Below, piece by piece: positions 22,481-36,028 of a DNA stretch of 64,000 nucleotides. This DNA comes from Oikopleura dioica. Lineage: Eukaryota > Animalia > Chordata. The notes under the pieces are model-generated. The model saw nothing but the letters and a program-made list of their open reading frames with translations. It had not been told where the DNA came from and did no database searches. Positions within the stretch are counted from its first letter, which is position 1. Each line of letters starts with the position of its first letter. The position numbers were made by a program, and so were the translations under genes. The stretch is from positions 1,178,001-1,242,000 of the forward strand of contig OU015567.1 of assembly GCA_907165135.1 (NCBI GenBank). The letters run 5' to 3'.

Positions 22481-22958
22481 CATCCATTTTATCAATTTTC
22501 GAGCCCCGGAAAAGAGGAAAATGAATGCCAAAAGTCCCTGAAAATAACCTTTTTGCCCACTGTTTTACAGCCATTTTAATGATAAGATGTCATTTTGAGT
22601 ATGCCATGTCCAGCAGGATTTCCGCTGACTTTTAAGTTGACCAGGAAATGATCTTCCAGAATGCGCTAGTGAAAAATGAGCCGTTTTCAACGCAATCAAG
22701 ACGTGAAGAAGTGAATAAGTATTGCATCAAAAGATTTCCGCTGAACTCCCAAACGCGATTAAGGAAACCCTCCACAGTGTCACAGGAAAAACCCAAAAAT
22801 CAGCTTGAGGTTTTCCTCTTTCGTCGAGCTTCAGCGTGAAATCGCTTTCCTTTTTAACCCGTCCCAAAACATTTTTGCTCCTCTCATTCGAAAAAACACA
22901 AAAACTTGGTTGAACAAGAATTTTGTCTTTTTAGTATTCAGAACAGAGTAAAGAAAAA

Positions 22959-24492
22959 ATGAAAATTTCTACAGTTATTCTGACGGGTTTTGTAAAGATT
23001 GCGATTTCACAGGAAGAAAGGAGGCCGACGGGGCTTAGTTTTGACGACTATCAGGAACGGCTCTAGAACCAAAAGACGAATACAGTAAGTGTTTATTTTA
23101 CAGAGCCTTTTGTACAGTACGACGCGCAATCAGTCTTCACCAATGAATTCGAAAGCCCCCAATTCACCTCTGGCGGCTTTTCCGACCTCGTATCAGACCT
23201 CGACTACGCGATCAACGAAGAAGTCGACTTCGATGAAAACGCAAGTATTTTCTCCACCGCGCCATTTACAGTCAACAACCTCCTGACGACAACAAGCGAG
23301 CCTCGAACCCTCCCAGCGCTAGAAATTACCACCACTCTCGCAGAAATGTTTCAGGAGAGTGATAAAAAGAGAAAGTATATTTTTGGTCAATTATGATAAA
23401 TTTGATGCTAATCAGATGTAATTACTTGGGTGCTTAGCGGCGCCCGGGTGTACGTTGTCAACATTATTATCTTGTTGATTAAATTCGTCAGATTTTAACA
23501 AGATTTGTATCACGGAAAAAAGCCTGTCGATTTTGATTTGACAACAACAAAAAGTGCGGCTTCTTCAACATCTTCTACAACAACTTCTACAACAACATCA
23601 ACGTCCACAACATCGACAACGACAACAACTACATCCACAACTTCATCAACAACAACAACTACGACGACAACAAGTGCGTCACCGTCATCAACTTCGACTT
23701 CAACAACCACTTCGACTTCTGCATCAAAAACATCAACAACAACGACGGCGACAACAACGACAACGACAGCATCAACATCGACCACATCGACCACATCGAC
23801 AACATCTTCCTTCCAACCAATGAGAGAATCCTTCCTCGAATCATCAAATACTGAAGCTTCCCGGGAATTCTCCAGTCGAGAAGTCGCTTCTCTTGGGAAT
23901 CAAGGAGGACTCCGTGGAGGGGGAGGACCCACAAATCTTCCACAATGTAATGTTTGCTCTGGTTCTGGCTCTTCAAGCGCAGCGACTTACAGTTCTTGCA
24001 TGAGTTCGAGGGCAAATGGAGATGTAACAACCTGTCGAGGTAAGAAAAACATGCGTTGTTTTGAAATAGAGCTCTTTCTAGATGGTGAAATTTGCGGAGT
24101 CGAAGTAAGAATGAGAGGAGGCCAAGTCACTCAGATGAGTATCAGATGCATGGAAGAACTCCAATGTTTGAAAAACATGAGGTAGGGGGATAAGATGACG
24201 GAGATAGAATCGCATTTAAGCCAAAATTTCCTTGGTTCACCATGGCGAGCATCGTGCCGACCGGAACCACAGCTTCAATCTGGTCGATTTGGTCAATCAA
24301 TTTGCAATGGCTGCTTGAAAGCTTGTGGCAACGGGGAGACCTGCTTTGATCCAACTCAAGGTAGGAATTTCTTTTGAAGAATTTTTTTGAAGACTTTCTT
24401 TAGCTTTTGCTCGAGGAGCAGGAGGAACCTTTACTTTGGATTCGTTGACGAGGGATGATTGGACTCAAGGATTGTCAGAGATTCAAGCATAG
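22959..24492 (+). CDS. Secreted mucin-like protein: Thr/Ser-rich tract plus a C-terminal Cys-rich domain
   Basis: Signal-like start MKISTVILTGFVKIAIS; Thr/Ser tract at about 23550-23810; domain CNVC..C..C..CGVEVRMRGG..RC...C..QNF..CRP..SICNGC over several short introns; stop TAG at 24490-24492. Splicing of the first intron is uncertain. Confidence 0.75.
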
Positions 24493-25450
24493 AACTAGCT
24501 TCTTCATTGATTTCTTCGAGACCTGTGAATAAACTTCCTCATCTTTTTCTAGAAAAAGGAGAATACTGTAAGCAAGTTGTTGAAAAGGACCGTTTGGTTA
24601 TTTTGAGCCGTGCTATAAATAGCGCTCCGTTTCGTGGTACTCGAATCACCAAATTGCATTTTCTAACACGTGTTATAAATAAAGTTGAAAGCTTGAGCAA
24701 TCCTTTATTACTTCCCTTCCCCGGAACACGGGTTAATTACTTAATTAAATTACCACCATGAGACAAGACGTATTTTTTAAAAAAGAATTTGAAAGATTTT
24801 ATTTCCACCTATCATAAAGTATCAAGTATTTTCTGCCTTATTTTTCGCAGTAGGGTTTAGATTGAACAATAATTATTTTTCTACAGTACGAAAGAAGAAT
24901 TGAGAATTGAGGGGGAAGAGAGTATGATGACTTCTTTTTAGCAAAATGAAGGAAAATATACACAATGGACTCCATTGAATGGAGAAGTATTTTTGAAATT
25001 TCGAATCAGTAAGTTTAGCACACAAATTTTGAATTGAGCGATTTCGATCCCTCAAAAAATTGAATCTTGTAAAAAATAAATACGGTATTGGAGATAGACG
25101 GATGAAAGTTACTGTTTTAGGACATCGAGAAAAATTAGCAAGTATGAAAAAAGTGTACGAGTGGAGAATTGAATTCGTTTTCTCCGGACTTATTGAACAA
25201 AGTTGACTCTTTTTATCGTTTTCAGTGAGAAAAAATTGAGATTACGAGACAGAATAGATAATTCGACGAGAATTTGAAAAAAGGGATGAAAAAAATTTTT
25301 CTTAATTTTTAACCCATGGGCGCGAATTGTCATTTTTTGGTCAAAATTTGATCATTTAACCAAGTTTTTGTCAATAGTACCCTCATGAGTTAACCCTTAT
25401 TACAAGATTCCCTGGCTCATTTTTGACTCGAAAAAGAGGCAAAAAAGGCC

Positions 25451-28400
25451 TTAACCCGAGAGCGTCGGCTGGCTCATTTGAGCTGCGCTGGTCAGTGTTG
25501 GCGGTTGATGATTTTGATACATGAGTCGCTGGATTATCGAGTTTCGCTCAGCAGCAATGGACGAGGGCGCAGAGTAATGGGGACCATTGAGTTGCGGCAG
25601 CGTAGAATGGGGTTGCTCCTGTTGGTGGGTGTTATTTTTTGTGCAAGAAGAAGAGTTGTGCTACTGTATCACCATCTACGCGCAGCAGTATGAACCTACA
25701 CATGGTTCATAGTAGTCACGCCTATATAAAGCTATTATGGTCTATTCCTTCTACTTTTCACCATCCGCTCACCGAGTTGTTTTCAATTTACCTGCGCAGT
25801 CATCTGATTCGCACTGAACTGGGAAATATTCACTGGCGCCTGAGCCTGGTGATCGGGAGTTGAAATGCCCTCTCGGGCCGGGCTTGATCCGGGACTTTGC
25901 TCGATCTTGATTTTCTGCTCAAGGGAAGCGCCGTTTGAGGCGATTTCTTCGACGGAGATTTCGACGTCGTTTTCCGCGCCGTTTTCGCTGCCGTCCATGG
26001 ACATTTCCACCAGGTGCTCGTACGTCTCAACTCCTAGAAAATGATGACGAATCAAATCTCGACGAGGGGCTTACCGTTTTTGTCGGTGCAAGAGTCGATG
26101 TTCTTCTTCATCTTTCTTCGATTTCTGAACCAGTTTGCGACGTGAGCTTCGCTGATTTCTACTGTTCGATCATCTCCTAAAATTCATTCTAGAGCTGATT
26201 GGAAAACTAGGTATTACCGAGAATCGAGTTGCAGTCTTCGACGATCTTCGATCGCTCAAGAGAGCCTGGGTACGGATTTCTAGTGTAAACATTGTCCAAA
26301 TATTGCAAGCATCGCATTGGCCACATGATTCTAAAAAGACGCGTTTAGTTATTTGATTTCATAATTTCCAACTCTAGGTCAAGTAAAGTCTATTAATTCC
26401 GATTAACTTGCAACTTTCAAGTTTTATATTTCATGTTTCCAATTCCCTGCTGTGTTATTCTTTTACTTGCGCGAAAAATCGGGATCCACCTCATCGGGCC
26501 CGGCGGGTTTGTGTTTTTACCACAAATACTGCGTTCTTTGTTATAATTTATTTACCGTCATATCATTGTCCTGGAATACCAAGAATCGCGATCATCGTAT
26601 TCTTAGGTTTACTAATGCGCTTTAGAAATCAAACAAAGTATTCTGGCAAGGGATCAGGCGCGTTCTTTGTTTATTGTTACGAATTATTTTTAAGCAAAAA
26701 ATAATTTTGGTATTTTTGTTTTGAAAACTTTGGAAAAACGGATTAATTTCATTTTCTGCACGCAAAAATCTGCACGAACCTTTGTCTTGGTTTTCTGTTT
26801 GCAAGCGAGGTTGTGGGAGAGCTTCGATCTAGGCTGCTAGCTGCAGCTGGGAGGGCAGGAGCGCCGACGCCGTTTGAGGATGGGAGGTGGTTGATGAGAC
26901 GAGATTGGAGCGATGCGGGGAGGGAGAGGAGACTGCTTGTTGTTGATGTCTAGATTGGGTTGTAAAAAATGATATGAAAAAATTATTTCAATAATATTCA
27001 ACTGCAATGGTAGTAGGGGTAATCATTCGAGCTGCCCCTAACCCTAACTCAGGGGGCTACGCTCCCCGGGACCCCCCCCCCCAACTCAAGCGAAAGCCTG
27101 GGGGCTTTGCCCCCCTGAAGCCCCGTATAGAGTTCCCAGTCCCTAACCCTAACCACTAGCCTAGATTCTAGAGATAGTGGATAGCTCGAATCATAGGCTC
27201 GAATGATAACCCCTCTCTACCGTAGACTCTACGACTTCAAGTACCTTGTACTTGTACTTTAAGTTGCATAAGCAAGTGTTAAACAATGTCCTAGACAGAT
27301 GATATTACCAAATCAAGGAGCTTTTCTACATTCAAGAGCAATCAATAAAACGTCATAGCTTATTTCTCATTTGTTGTTTTCTCAACTCTACTTATTTGAT
27401 AAGATAACAAGGAAATTGTTATTGATTTATACCTTTGGTGGCATTGTCGTGGCGGAAGGGTAGGCGCCCTCTAATCGTCGTTTTTGCCTAACAAACCATT
27501 CGTAAATGATGCGTCGTTTTGCATCGCCCATGGTGATGTTGCTTGTCAACCATTGGGAAATGTAAGACTGCGAGATTGCCTGGTGGGTGGCCTTGGAAAT
27601 CGCCGTTTGTGAAATGTGATGACGCTGGGTAAAGATGCGGATTTCCTCTTTCACCTAAAAAGAAAAGTGATCAAAACTGGGTAAGACAAAAGTAGGGGTT
27701 TTTGACGACCGATGACGATTTTTCGGGGTGGTGTCACGAATCCACCAAAAATCGCGACAAATTTTGCGTGGGCGGTTACTTGGCCGCTGATTGGCCGGTT
27801 TGCCGAATCCGGGCTTCTGATTGGCCACGCGAAATTTGTCGCGATTTTTTGTCGGTTCCTGACACCTCCTTGATTTTTTGATCACGTGGTGGTTTTTCAG
27901 AGACAGACTTTTACAAAAAAATCGTCAATTTTATAATCGTCTTTACAATTGGCGCAGTATGTATTTCGACAGTTTGCCCTCAATGATATAAAACGTCTTC
28001 TTAGTGTTTACCCCTTATGGCCCGCATAATGGTTTGATTTAACATTTCATAGTTACACATTTTCAAGTTAACAACTGCCATAAACTATTGTGCTCCCTTC
28101 CCGGCTAGTCGCTAATCGTCACCAGAACGGACGAAAATCGTGCGAACGCGAGAGATTTCGATTCTTTTACGAGCAGCAGCATAATATTGCTGCTGTTGCC
28201 AGGCAGGCGTGACTTTTTTCGGAATTTCCCCCTCTTCCTATGGAAAAACGAACCTCGTGCTGGTTTCGGCGCTCGCAGAACTCGACTGCTCGTTGGATTT
28301 GGTCAAGCTCATCGGCAAGGTCGTCATGCTCCTCGTTTTTCCGGGAAAAGCCGTTTTCTACCGCTAGAAATGGAATAAAATGTGAAAAAATAAAGAAAAA

Positions 28401-28984
28401 GACTTACGTTTTTGATCCTCCCCGTTTGAAATTCCGCTGGAAAAGGTGTTACCAAGAGCAGCATATGGATTCAAATGATTTGGCCGCTGTCCTGACCAAA
28501 GATTCGGGAAAGGGCTTTGCACTGGTAGCTTTGATTGTGTGCTCAAAATTGCAGCTGCAGCTTGACTGAGATTCTTCTGAAAAGGGGGGTCGAAAAATGG
28601 GTCAGAAAAAGAGTGTACCTGGAGAACTGATTGGCTCGCATTGAAATTTGGTACAGCGCCAATTTGGTTTTGACTCGGGTTCGAATTTGGAGTTTTTTCC
28701 GAGTCGGAATTGTCGCCATTGGATTTGACAATATCGGAGTTTGCGGAGTGCGGACGGCCAGTTACTGAACCAACTTTAAATACAGTTTAGTTTTGACTCG
28801 TTCAAATGGAAGTTTGAAACAACAGTTGTTACGACATGTTACTGTCAGTACCGTTGAGTAAACACGAACCGTCAAGTCGGTCAAGATCTTCCAAGCCGGC
28901 GACGATTTGCTCGCGATTGAGGCCACTGCCGCGCAATCGCTGGAGAAGCCAGATTTGCTCTACTGTGAATCTGAAGTCCCGCAT
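25451..28984 (-). CDS. HMBOX1: Homeobox-containing protein 1 (HNF1-class homeodomain)
   Basis: N-terminus FRFTVEQIWLLQRLRGSGLNREQIVAGLEDLDRLD; POU-like domain KEEIRIFTQRHHISQ..ISQSYISQWL..KRRIIYEWF; homeodomain RQRIMWPMRCLQYLDNVYTRNPYP..VANWFRNRRK. A possible extra in-frame 5' exon lies at about 29230-29430. Confidence 0.9.
27009..27221. mobile_element. Small TIR element carrying CCCTAA telomere-like motifs
   Basis: Imperfect TIR GGTAG..AGGGGT(A/T)ATCATTCGAGC; internal CCCTAACCCTAA twice and GC-rich GGGGGCT..CCCCC palindromes. Confidence 0.65.
27725..27869. mobile_element. MITE family A copy
   Basis: GGGGTGGTGTCAC.. / TTTTGTCGGTTCCTGACACC termini; two CTGATTGG boxes. Confidence 0.8.
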
Positions 28985-31853
28985 GGCTGATGCTCCCTAG
29001 AAATGATTAATGATAAAGAGAGTCGCATATTTTTTCGACACAAAAATTTCTGAGGTCATTTGAGGTCAAAAAAGGTCATTTGAGGTCATTTTTGGGCGCT
29101 TACTTAGGTCACAAGCAAGCGTTTTGGGGTCATCTTGAGGTCATCTTTTTCGAAGACCCAAAAGGGACCAGATTGGTCTTCAGGGTTAATTTGAATCATG
29201 CATTTGTAAGTGATGTTGCCACCCGAACTTACATTGAGATAATACTTGGCCGGGTGAGCGTTGGTCCAAATAGTCTCACCATTTTGACCCATGTACTGAG
29301 CCAAGGTGAAATTAGTCCTGTAACCTGTGTCGACATATAATCCTTGATCGCCTGGCTTGAGATTATTGTCCAAGTAATTCTGGACCAGCTGGTGGCGGAT
29401 AGAAAATGGCGCTCCCGCGTTGTCCCTTTAGGCAAAGTTCGACACATACTGATTCATGTACTGGGCCTCCAAGAGTCAAAATTTTCAATAATAATTTCAA
29501 AAAAAATTATTTTTAAAGAATATTTCCATTTTAACATTCCATTTTCGACTCCCATTCTTCAGCTGGAATCGAAAATGCTTACACCTCCTGGAAATAAGAA
29601 AATCTTTGAAATTCACTTTTATATTCAAAAGTTGACTCAGGTAAAATTGATTTGTTTTCAGATGAATTTCGAACTTTGGCCATCATCGACATTTTGGATC
29701 TCGCCGGAGTTGTTCGAGCTTGGCCCGGATGAACTCGGCCCGTTTGATAAGGAGATGCCATTTGATTGGTGGCTGGAGCCTTATTTTCTGGTTTCTGATT
29801 TTGAAAATGATATGGCCTGCCTCTGATTGGCTTACAGCAACCTATACAGAAGCCCTCAGAAAGGCAATGTTGTCCTTAGTTAGATAATCGCTCAATTCGA
29901 AACGCTCCTAATTCATTCAGCTCATGTCCATTAGAACTCCCTTTGGCGCGGCTCAGAACTAGCTCAGAAATTATTAGGTAATTTGAAGGAACCCTAGCAA
30001 GCGCTGTGAACCGTAACCTATTGTCATTTTCGTACTCCTCTCAACCGGCTCGGTGGTGCGCTTAGGTCGACGAGTTATGTAACTACACCCGATTTAAATG
30101 AAAAGTTGAATGTACTTCAATCGCAATCTCTGATTTATCCGTTTCATTGGGTTAAAGAATCGATGATTTTTTGTCGAAAAATTAGTTTTTGGACAAAATT
30201 CATAGATTTCGCGAATTTTTGATTGATAAATCTGATTTTCTTCAGAAATTTTTAGATTAAAAATGTCCGAAAATGCTCATATTTATCGCAAAAATTATGA
30301 TTCTTAAGGGTGTATCCAGCAAAACTTCCCTTCAAATAAAAATAAATTGAGTTTTTTTCGTTGTTACTCCGACTCAATTAAATTCTAGAGCCAATAGAAC
30401 GTCCAAAAACTTCTCTATCAAATCTTAATTTAACATTCCGACACCCTTATTTCACGATCAAAACTAACATAACTCTTCCTGATTATTTTCACAACTCTCA
30501 TTATTCATCTCGATACAGTTCACTTCAGTAGAATTCTGGCCGTTTATAATCTTCGTATTTCCGTTGTTAATTGGCATATTTAAAAATTAAAAAAAAAATT
30601 TTTTTCAAGTGACCATAAATGTCTTTTTAGGTTAGTCAATGATTGTGTTTCTGCGATAAAATGGAAGTTATGGTAGAGTTTTATAATTTTCTTGGTCGGG
30701 TTACGGTTGGTTAGACACTCGCTTCTTAATTGCTGTTATATAAGAAATGCTCTATGGAAATTCTTACAAAACGTAGTGTACTTTTACTAGCTCCGCGCGA
30801 GGGAAGGTACACAACGTATTACGTTAATAAACCAGGTATATCAGAGTCGAAGGGGCTCCTCAAAGAAGAAGATGGTTTCAGCGAACACTTGGAGGGACCA
30901 AATTCAAATCAAGACATTTTGATGACTTTCGAAAATGCCACAAAATGTCAAATCAGAAACTTTCATCAATAAACATGAAAAATGAACGGCGAAAATCTTA
31001 AAAGTTTCTTAAAAAAACTTATAAGCCAATAAGAAGCAAGTATGTTCTTGATTGTCCAATCGAAATTGGCGGCAGATCTTTTTTCATTTTCAAGTATCAA
31101 TTTAACCTTTTCAGCAAAATTTTTGTCAAAAATAAGAAAAAATCTTTGTTTTCGAAATTTGGCCAACCAAAAGCATATTTTTAACCCGTTTTCGAGCAGT
31201 AGGCAAAAAGTTGCCTTCTGCGCCAATTAGGTTGCCATATTTTGAGCCTCTGGGCGGGTCATAGCAGCGAAACTGCTACGCGCTCGTCAGCGGGTTAAGA
31301 AGCTTGTCTTTGAGACATTAGTGCTAGATGATCTCCTTTAGAACTCTTCAAGTGATTTTCGACCAAGAAGAAGACCTTTAGTCTGAGCAGTATTAGAGTA
31401 AATTCTTAATTGGCATCGATTAAGTACCGCGTCCTTGTCCAACATCAACCGCTAACTATCGAGTTTTGATCCCTTATTTTAATTTTTTAATTGTCGATTA
31501 ATTCTTGAGCCCCGCCCCGGGGCGAGTGGCGCCGACAATTGCCAGATCACTCAATAATCAAAACCAGCTGCTCTGGTTTTGCTTGTGGCGGGCGCGGTTT
31601 TGTTTTTTCAACAATTTCCATCTCAAGAACGCGAGAAATCTTAAGATTAATCAATTAAATACTGTAGGTGCTATACTGGTGCTTGTACTGCTGAGTCCCC
31701 TAAGAGCCATGCTTATCCAAAGTCGATAATTGTATAATTGCTAATCGATATTTTACAGTGCAAATAATTTTAAAAATATGGGATCCCCATTTTAAAAAAG
31801 GGAACTAAAGAAGGATGAAAAACTCCCTTAGACCAAGAGAAGCATAAAATTTC

Positions 31854-32044
31854 GGGTTCGCGTCAGAAACCGACTAAAAATTCGACAAAATTTGCGTGGG
31901 CGGCTACTCGGCTGTCTATTGGCTAAGCCAGAGGCCTTCTGATTGGCAAACCAAATCCAGGCTTCTGATTAGTTGAAAGTTTCCACGCAAAATTTGTCGT
32001 AATATTTTGTCGGTTCCTGAGTCAGGAATCCTGACCCAACCCCG
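31854..32044. mobile_element. MITE family A copy
   Basis: GTCAGAAACCGAC..AAATTTGCGTGGGCGGCTACTCGGCTG..GATTGG..TTTTGTCGGTTCCTGA. Confidence 0.75.
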
Positions 32045-32626
32045 AATTTGGCCATTTTTGTACTTTACTCAATATTCCCATAATAACCAACTTAAACCAT
32101 AGAGCCCCATTTTTACCATCCCTGCCAAAAAAAACAAGTTACATAACATGTTATTTTCTTATATAACTTCTTATATCGCACCCATATTATTATAGGAAAA
32201 CGCGCTCATCTGTAAATTTTGTCACATGTATCTCAAATACATAATTTTCCAATCGACTTACGATTAGGAACATAATCCTGGCTGCTGCAGCGTCACTCAA
32301 GTTGCTTTTCTATTTGATTCTCGCTTGTTGGGTTGAAATATAAAATGAGGCATTATGGTGATCGAGGTAAAATGTCATTCGGAATTATCACTGAATCATC
32401 AATTCAAACTAATTAAACCATGCGACAGGAGGCCTATTATGGAACCGGGCACCCGCCTGTCATGGAAAGTGTAACTAACAATAATACACAGTGATAGCTT
32501 TCACCTATTAAGACGACTAGTTCAATAATGCATCCACCACGGTCCATGGAGTCATTTGGGTTTATTTATATTATGAAGAAAAGAAATGATTCTGGATTTT
32601 TCTTCGACTATTTTACATGATTTTAA

Positions 32627-32913
32627 GGGTGTCAACAGCGAATTCGATGTTGACACCCTTAAGGGGGTAGTTATCAAGAATCGGATTTTCTGTCAGTTTT
32701 TTCTCTATTTTTTAACAAAGTGACCCCCTTATTTTTCCTAATGGAATAGAGAACGGTCTAAAGTTGTTGTTTCCAAAAAATAAGGGTGTTACTGTTTTAA
32801 CTTTGGGAGAAAAATCTGAAAGAAAATTCCGATTCTGGATATCTTCCTCCTTAAGGGTGTCAACATCTATTTCGCCATTTTGACTGACCCTTACCATTAC
32901 AATGTGGACACCC
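32627..32913. mobile_element. Cluster of tiny TTAA-flanked GGGTGTCAAC..ACACCC elements
   Basis: A 32-bp palindromic unit at 32627-32658 and a 59-bp unit at 32855-32913, each bounded by TTAA; a GGGGGTAG end begins at the shared TTAA 32659-32662. Confidence 0.65.
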
Positions 32914-33389
32914 TTAAAGGAGAGCTTCCTAATAATAAAACCCTTCAATAAAAATATTCCCAACTTCCGTTAATTTTTCCCGATTGTGGATTTATAACCA
33001 ATATTAGTGAATCTAATCGGAAGCAGTTAACTACTCCGCCTGGCGTCTCCTTGGCTGACTTCCTCGTTCCTTTTTTTCAATACCGGAAATGTTCAGTTTA
33101 CTCCGCGTTTAAAATAATGGGCTTAATTTATTTAATGAAAATTATTGCGGCCGCGTGAAAATGAAGCCTTGATGAGAGGAGAGGCCGGAAATAAACAGAT
33201 CCGGAATTAATAGCCGCACTGATGGTTAAACAATGTGTAATTACCGAGCCTAATAGATTTGAAACATAAATTTTAAACAACAAGCCACTGCAAAGTGAGG
33301 CGAGCCAAAGTTATTTTCGCTTAGTTTCGAAGTTTATAAGCCCCCTGGATTTAGGGTTAGGGTTAGGAGCAGGTCAAAGGATAGTAACC

Positions 33390-33620
33390 ACTGGGCTCAG
33401 GAACCTGTGAAGAAAACCTGAGTCAGGGTCTGAGAATACCATACACTAATCCTGACTCAGGTTCGAACCTGTGTAGAAAACCTGAGTCAGGGTTAGTGTA
33501 AGGTATTCAAAATACTGTATTCTCAGACCCTGAATCAGGTTTTCTTCACAGGTTTGAACCTGAGTCAGGTTTAATGTAAGGTATACTCAGGCCCTGAGTC
33601 AGGTTTTCATCACGGGTTGC
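33390..33620. repeat. Foldback repeat built from CCTGAGTCAGG palindromes
   Basis: Nested inverted repeats (33402-33439 vs 33517-33554); five TGAGTCA/TGACTCA motifs; related ends at 54917-55080. Confidence 0.75.
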
Positions 33621-34164
33621 CGAGCTAAAATGGACCAAAAAAGAGCTATAATTGAGAAGGAAATCGATTGATAATAAAATATCTCTAGCAGAAAAAATCA
33701 CCTGCGCTCAATATTCATTTTATCCCTCAATTATCAAGTCCGGATGGACTTAGCCAAAGTTTATTTACAAATCGATACGTGATTTATGCTTTGGTAGATG
33801 AATCGAAAAATCGGATCCAATCACTCTCGATTTGAGTAGAATTAAAAACAGATGAGCATAACTGCGAAAAGAATCAAGTAAATCGGTCTTTGCTGACCCG
33901 CATGATTATACGCATAACAATTTCAAGCCACATTGATCAATTGTCAGTTGTCAATTAAATAATTGGAAAATAAGTTGGAAAGTGTTGTTTTACGATTCTT
34001 TTGCGGAACTAGAACTATGAAAACAAATAATAGTCGTGTCTAGGTTAAAGAATGGAGAATTTAATTGTCTATTTCCCGAGCTGTCTACTTTCTTTAGTAG
34101 TCGCTTTCGGCTCGAAAACTTAAATTTGAAAGTAGATCCACAGTATATCATATACTCACCTTGT

Positions 34165-34306
34165 GGAGGCGTCTAGAACTGACAAAAAAATTCGACAATT
34201 TTCAACCAATCAGAAGCCCGGATTCTGCTCACCGGCCAATCAGCAGCCGAGTAGCCGCCCACGCAAAATTTTTCGAGATTTTTTGTCGGTTCCTGATACC
34301 ACCCCC
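34165..34306. mobile_element. MITE family A copy
   Basis: Two CCAATCAG boxes; TTTTGTCGGTTCCTGATACCACCCC end. Confidence 0.8.
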
Positions 34307-35625
34307 TTATTTGTTATGAGAAATGGCCATTAAGTCAATTATGACTCAGAAAAAAAGTTTATAATGGCATGTTGTTAAATATTCAATTCCGGATCTTGAG
34401 ATTCTTTTTTTTTTCTATATTCTTAATCTAAGTAGCAGCCACAGCAGCAGTTGATATGATTGCGATTACCTCAATCTGTTTAGCTACTCTTAAATTGATA
34501 CGATTGATATATAATAGGCTATCTGTTGCATTAGGTTTATACTCAGATTAATGCGCCCTGAGCATATTTAAGTCTGGCCCAGAAAACTTGATCAATTTAA
34601 TAAATTAATATCTCCGCATATTGCCACGCAGCAGGGGCAGCAATTTTAGGACTGGAGGAATTAAGCCGCTTGTAATGCCGCGCCAGGTGGACCAAATAAT
34701 ACTGATAAACAAATTGTTATACAGGCTGAGTATTCGAATATCCCGCTGAGCCCAAGTTGTTCGCGCCCCAAGGGCGAGCTAAGATGGACTTGAGGCGGAT
34801 TAATTAGCGCTTACAGAAATCCAATAAAAATTTTTTGAAATAAACAAATCGAATTTTTTTTGCAAAAATTTCTTTTGCAATTTTTTTTCCTTTCTTATCA
34901 TCAAGTCATTTTCGGATAAGTTGCATAATTTGAGTCAAAAAAGAATGATCAGACTTAAAATTAATAGAACCTCTAACACTTGAGAACAACAAATAAGAAG
35001 AACAAGGGCTTTTTACGAACGATGACGTATTTCGCCGATTTTGTCAAAATATTTTCGCGAAAACAAAACTCCTTGTTCAAAACTTATCCAGAAGTCATTT
35101 AAGCCCAAGTTTTCTCAAAACACATAATGGCCCGTATTAACTCAATTTTAAGCCCATTTGTATTTCAAAAAAGACCCCAAATGACCATTTTTATTAAAAA
35201 AAAATCGGAAAAATATTCTGTTTCTCTTACCAGTGAGTAGTTGGTTCTGTTGAGCATCTCTAAGGTCCTCAAAAAACTCGGATTTGGCAGCATCGTTTTT
35301 TTTACTTTTCAATCTTTTTTTTCTGACTTTGATTGGTTTGCTAACGCGAGAAAAAATAAAGCGACGGAGAGCTGTTTTTAATAGGAAATCCGATAGAAAA
35401 TCCGGAAGAATAATAAAAAACAATTTCGGTGCAATTATTGTGAATGAGCTTCGTAATTTATTTATAATAGCAGCGATTATACCACCCTCAGACGAGACTT
35501 GTTTCATTCAATTTGAAGGTCAATGTCTTCAGCAAAAAAACTGATAATTGGTACTTTTGTTCACAGAGGAGGGAATTATGTTTTGAAAAAAAATATTTGT
35601 TATTTTTTGTTTAATAAAGATTTAA

Positions 35626-36028
35626 GGGTATAGCCTTCGCTATTTGAAAAAAGCTCGTGTAAAAAAGTAAGATCTAGGGTAGAAAAACGTAGAAGTTAAC
35701 CTAGGGTTTCCGGTAGAAAAAGTGCTAACTTTTGATCCTCAAGGGTTTTTCACATTTTTATGGGCTCTATGGATAGCTTAGATGATTTCAAGCAAGAATA
35801 TGAAATACAAACGTAGGTGTATAATTTCGGAAGTTGGTCGAAAATGCCGAAATGTGAAAAAGTACAAATTTTCAATCCCATTTTTGACCAACTTCCGAAA
35901 TTATACACCTATTTTTTTATGTCATATTCTTCCTCAGTATATTCTAAGCTATCGATAGAGCCCATAAAAATCCCAAAAACCCCTGAGGATCGAAAGATAA
36001 CTTTTGTCCGGAGACCCTAACTATACCC
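35626..36028. mobile_element. TTAA-flanked foldback element with GGG termini (Kolobok-like)
   Basis: TTAA-GGGTATAG ... CTATACCC-TTAA; long internal inverted repeat (ATGGGCTCTAT.GATAGCTTAGA..TAGGTGTATAATTTCGGAAGTTGGTC and its complement). Confidence 0.75.

Noticed and set aside
23510-24030. Antisense Val-rich ORF and Gln-rich alternative frame
   Set aside because: Shadows of the Thr/Ser mucin tract.
28670-33480. GGTTCGAA words (about 28678 and 33462) as tRNA T-loops
   Set aside because: No cloverleaf, A-box or acceptor stem in the flanks.
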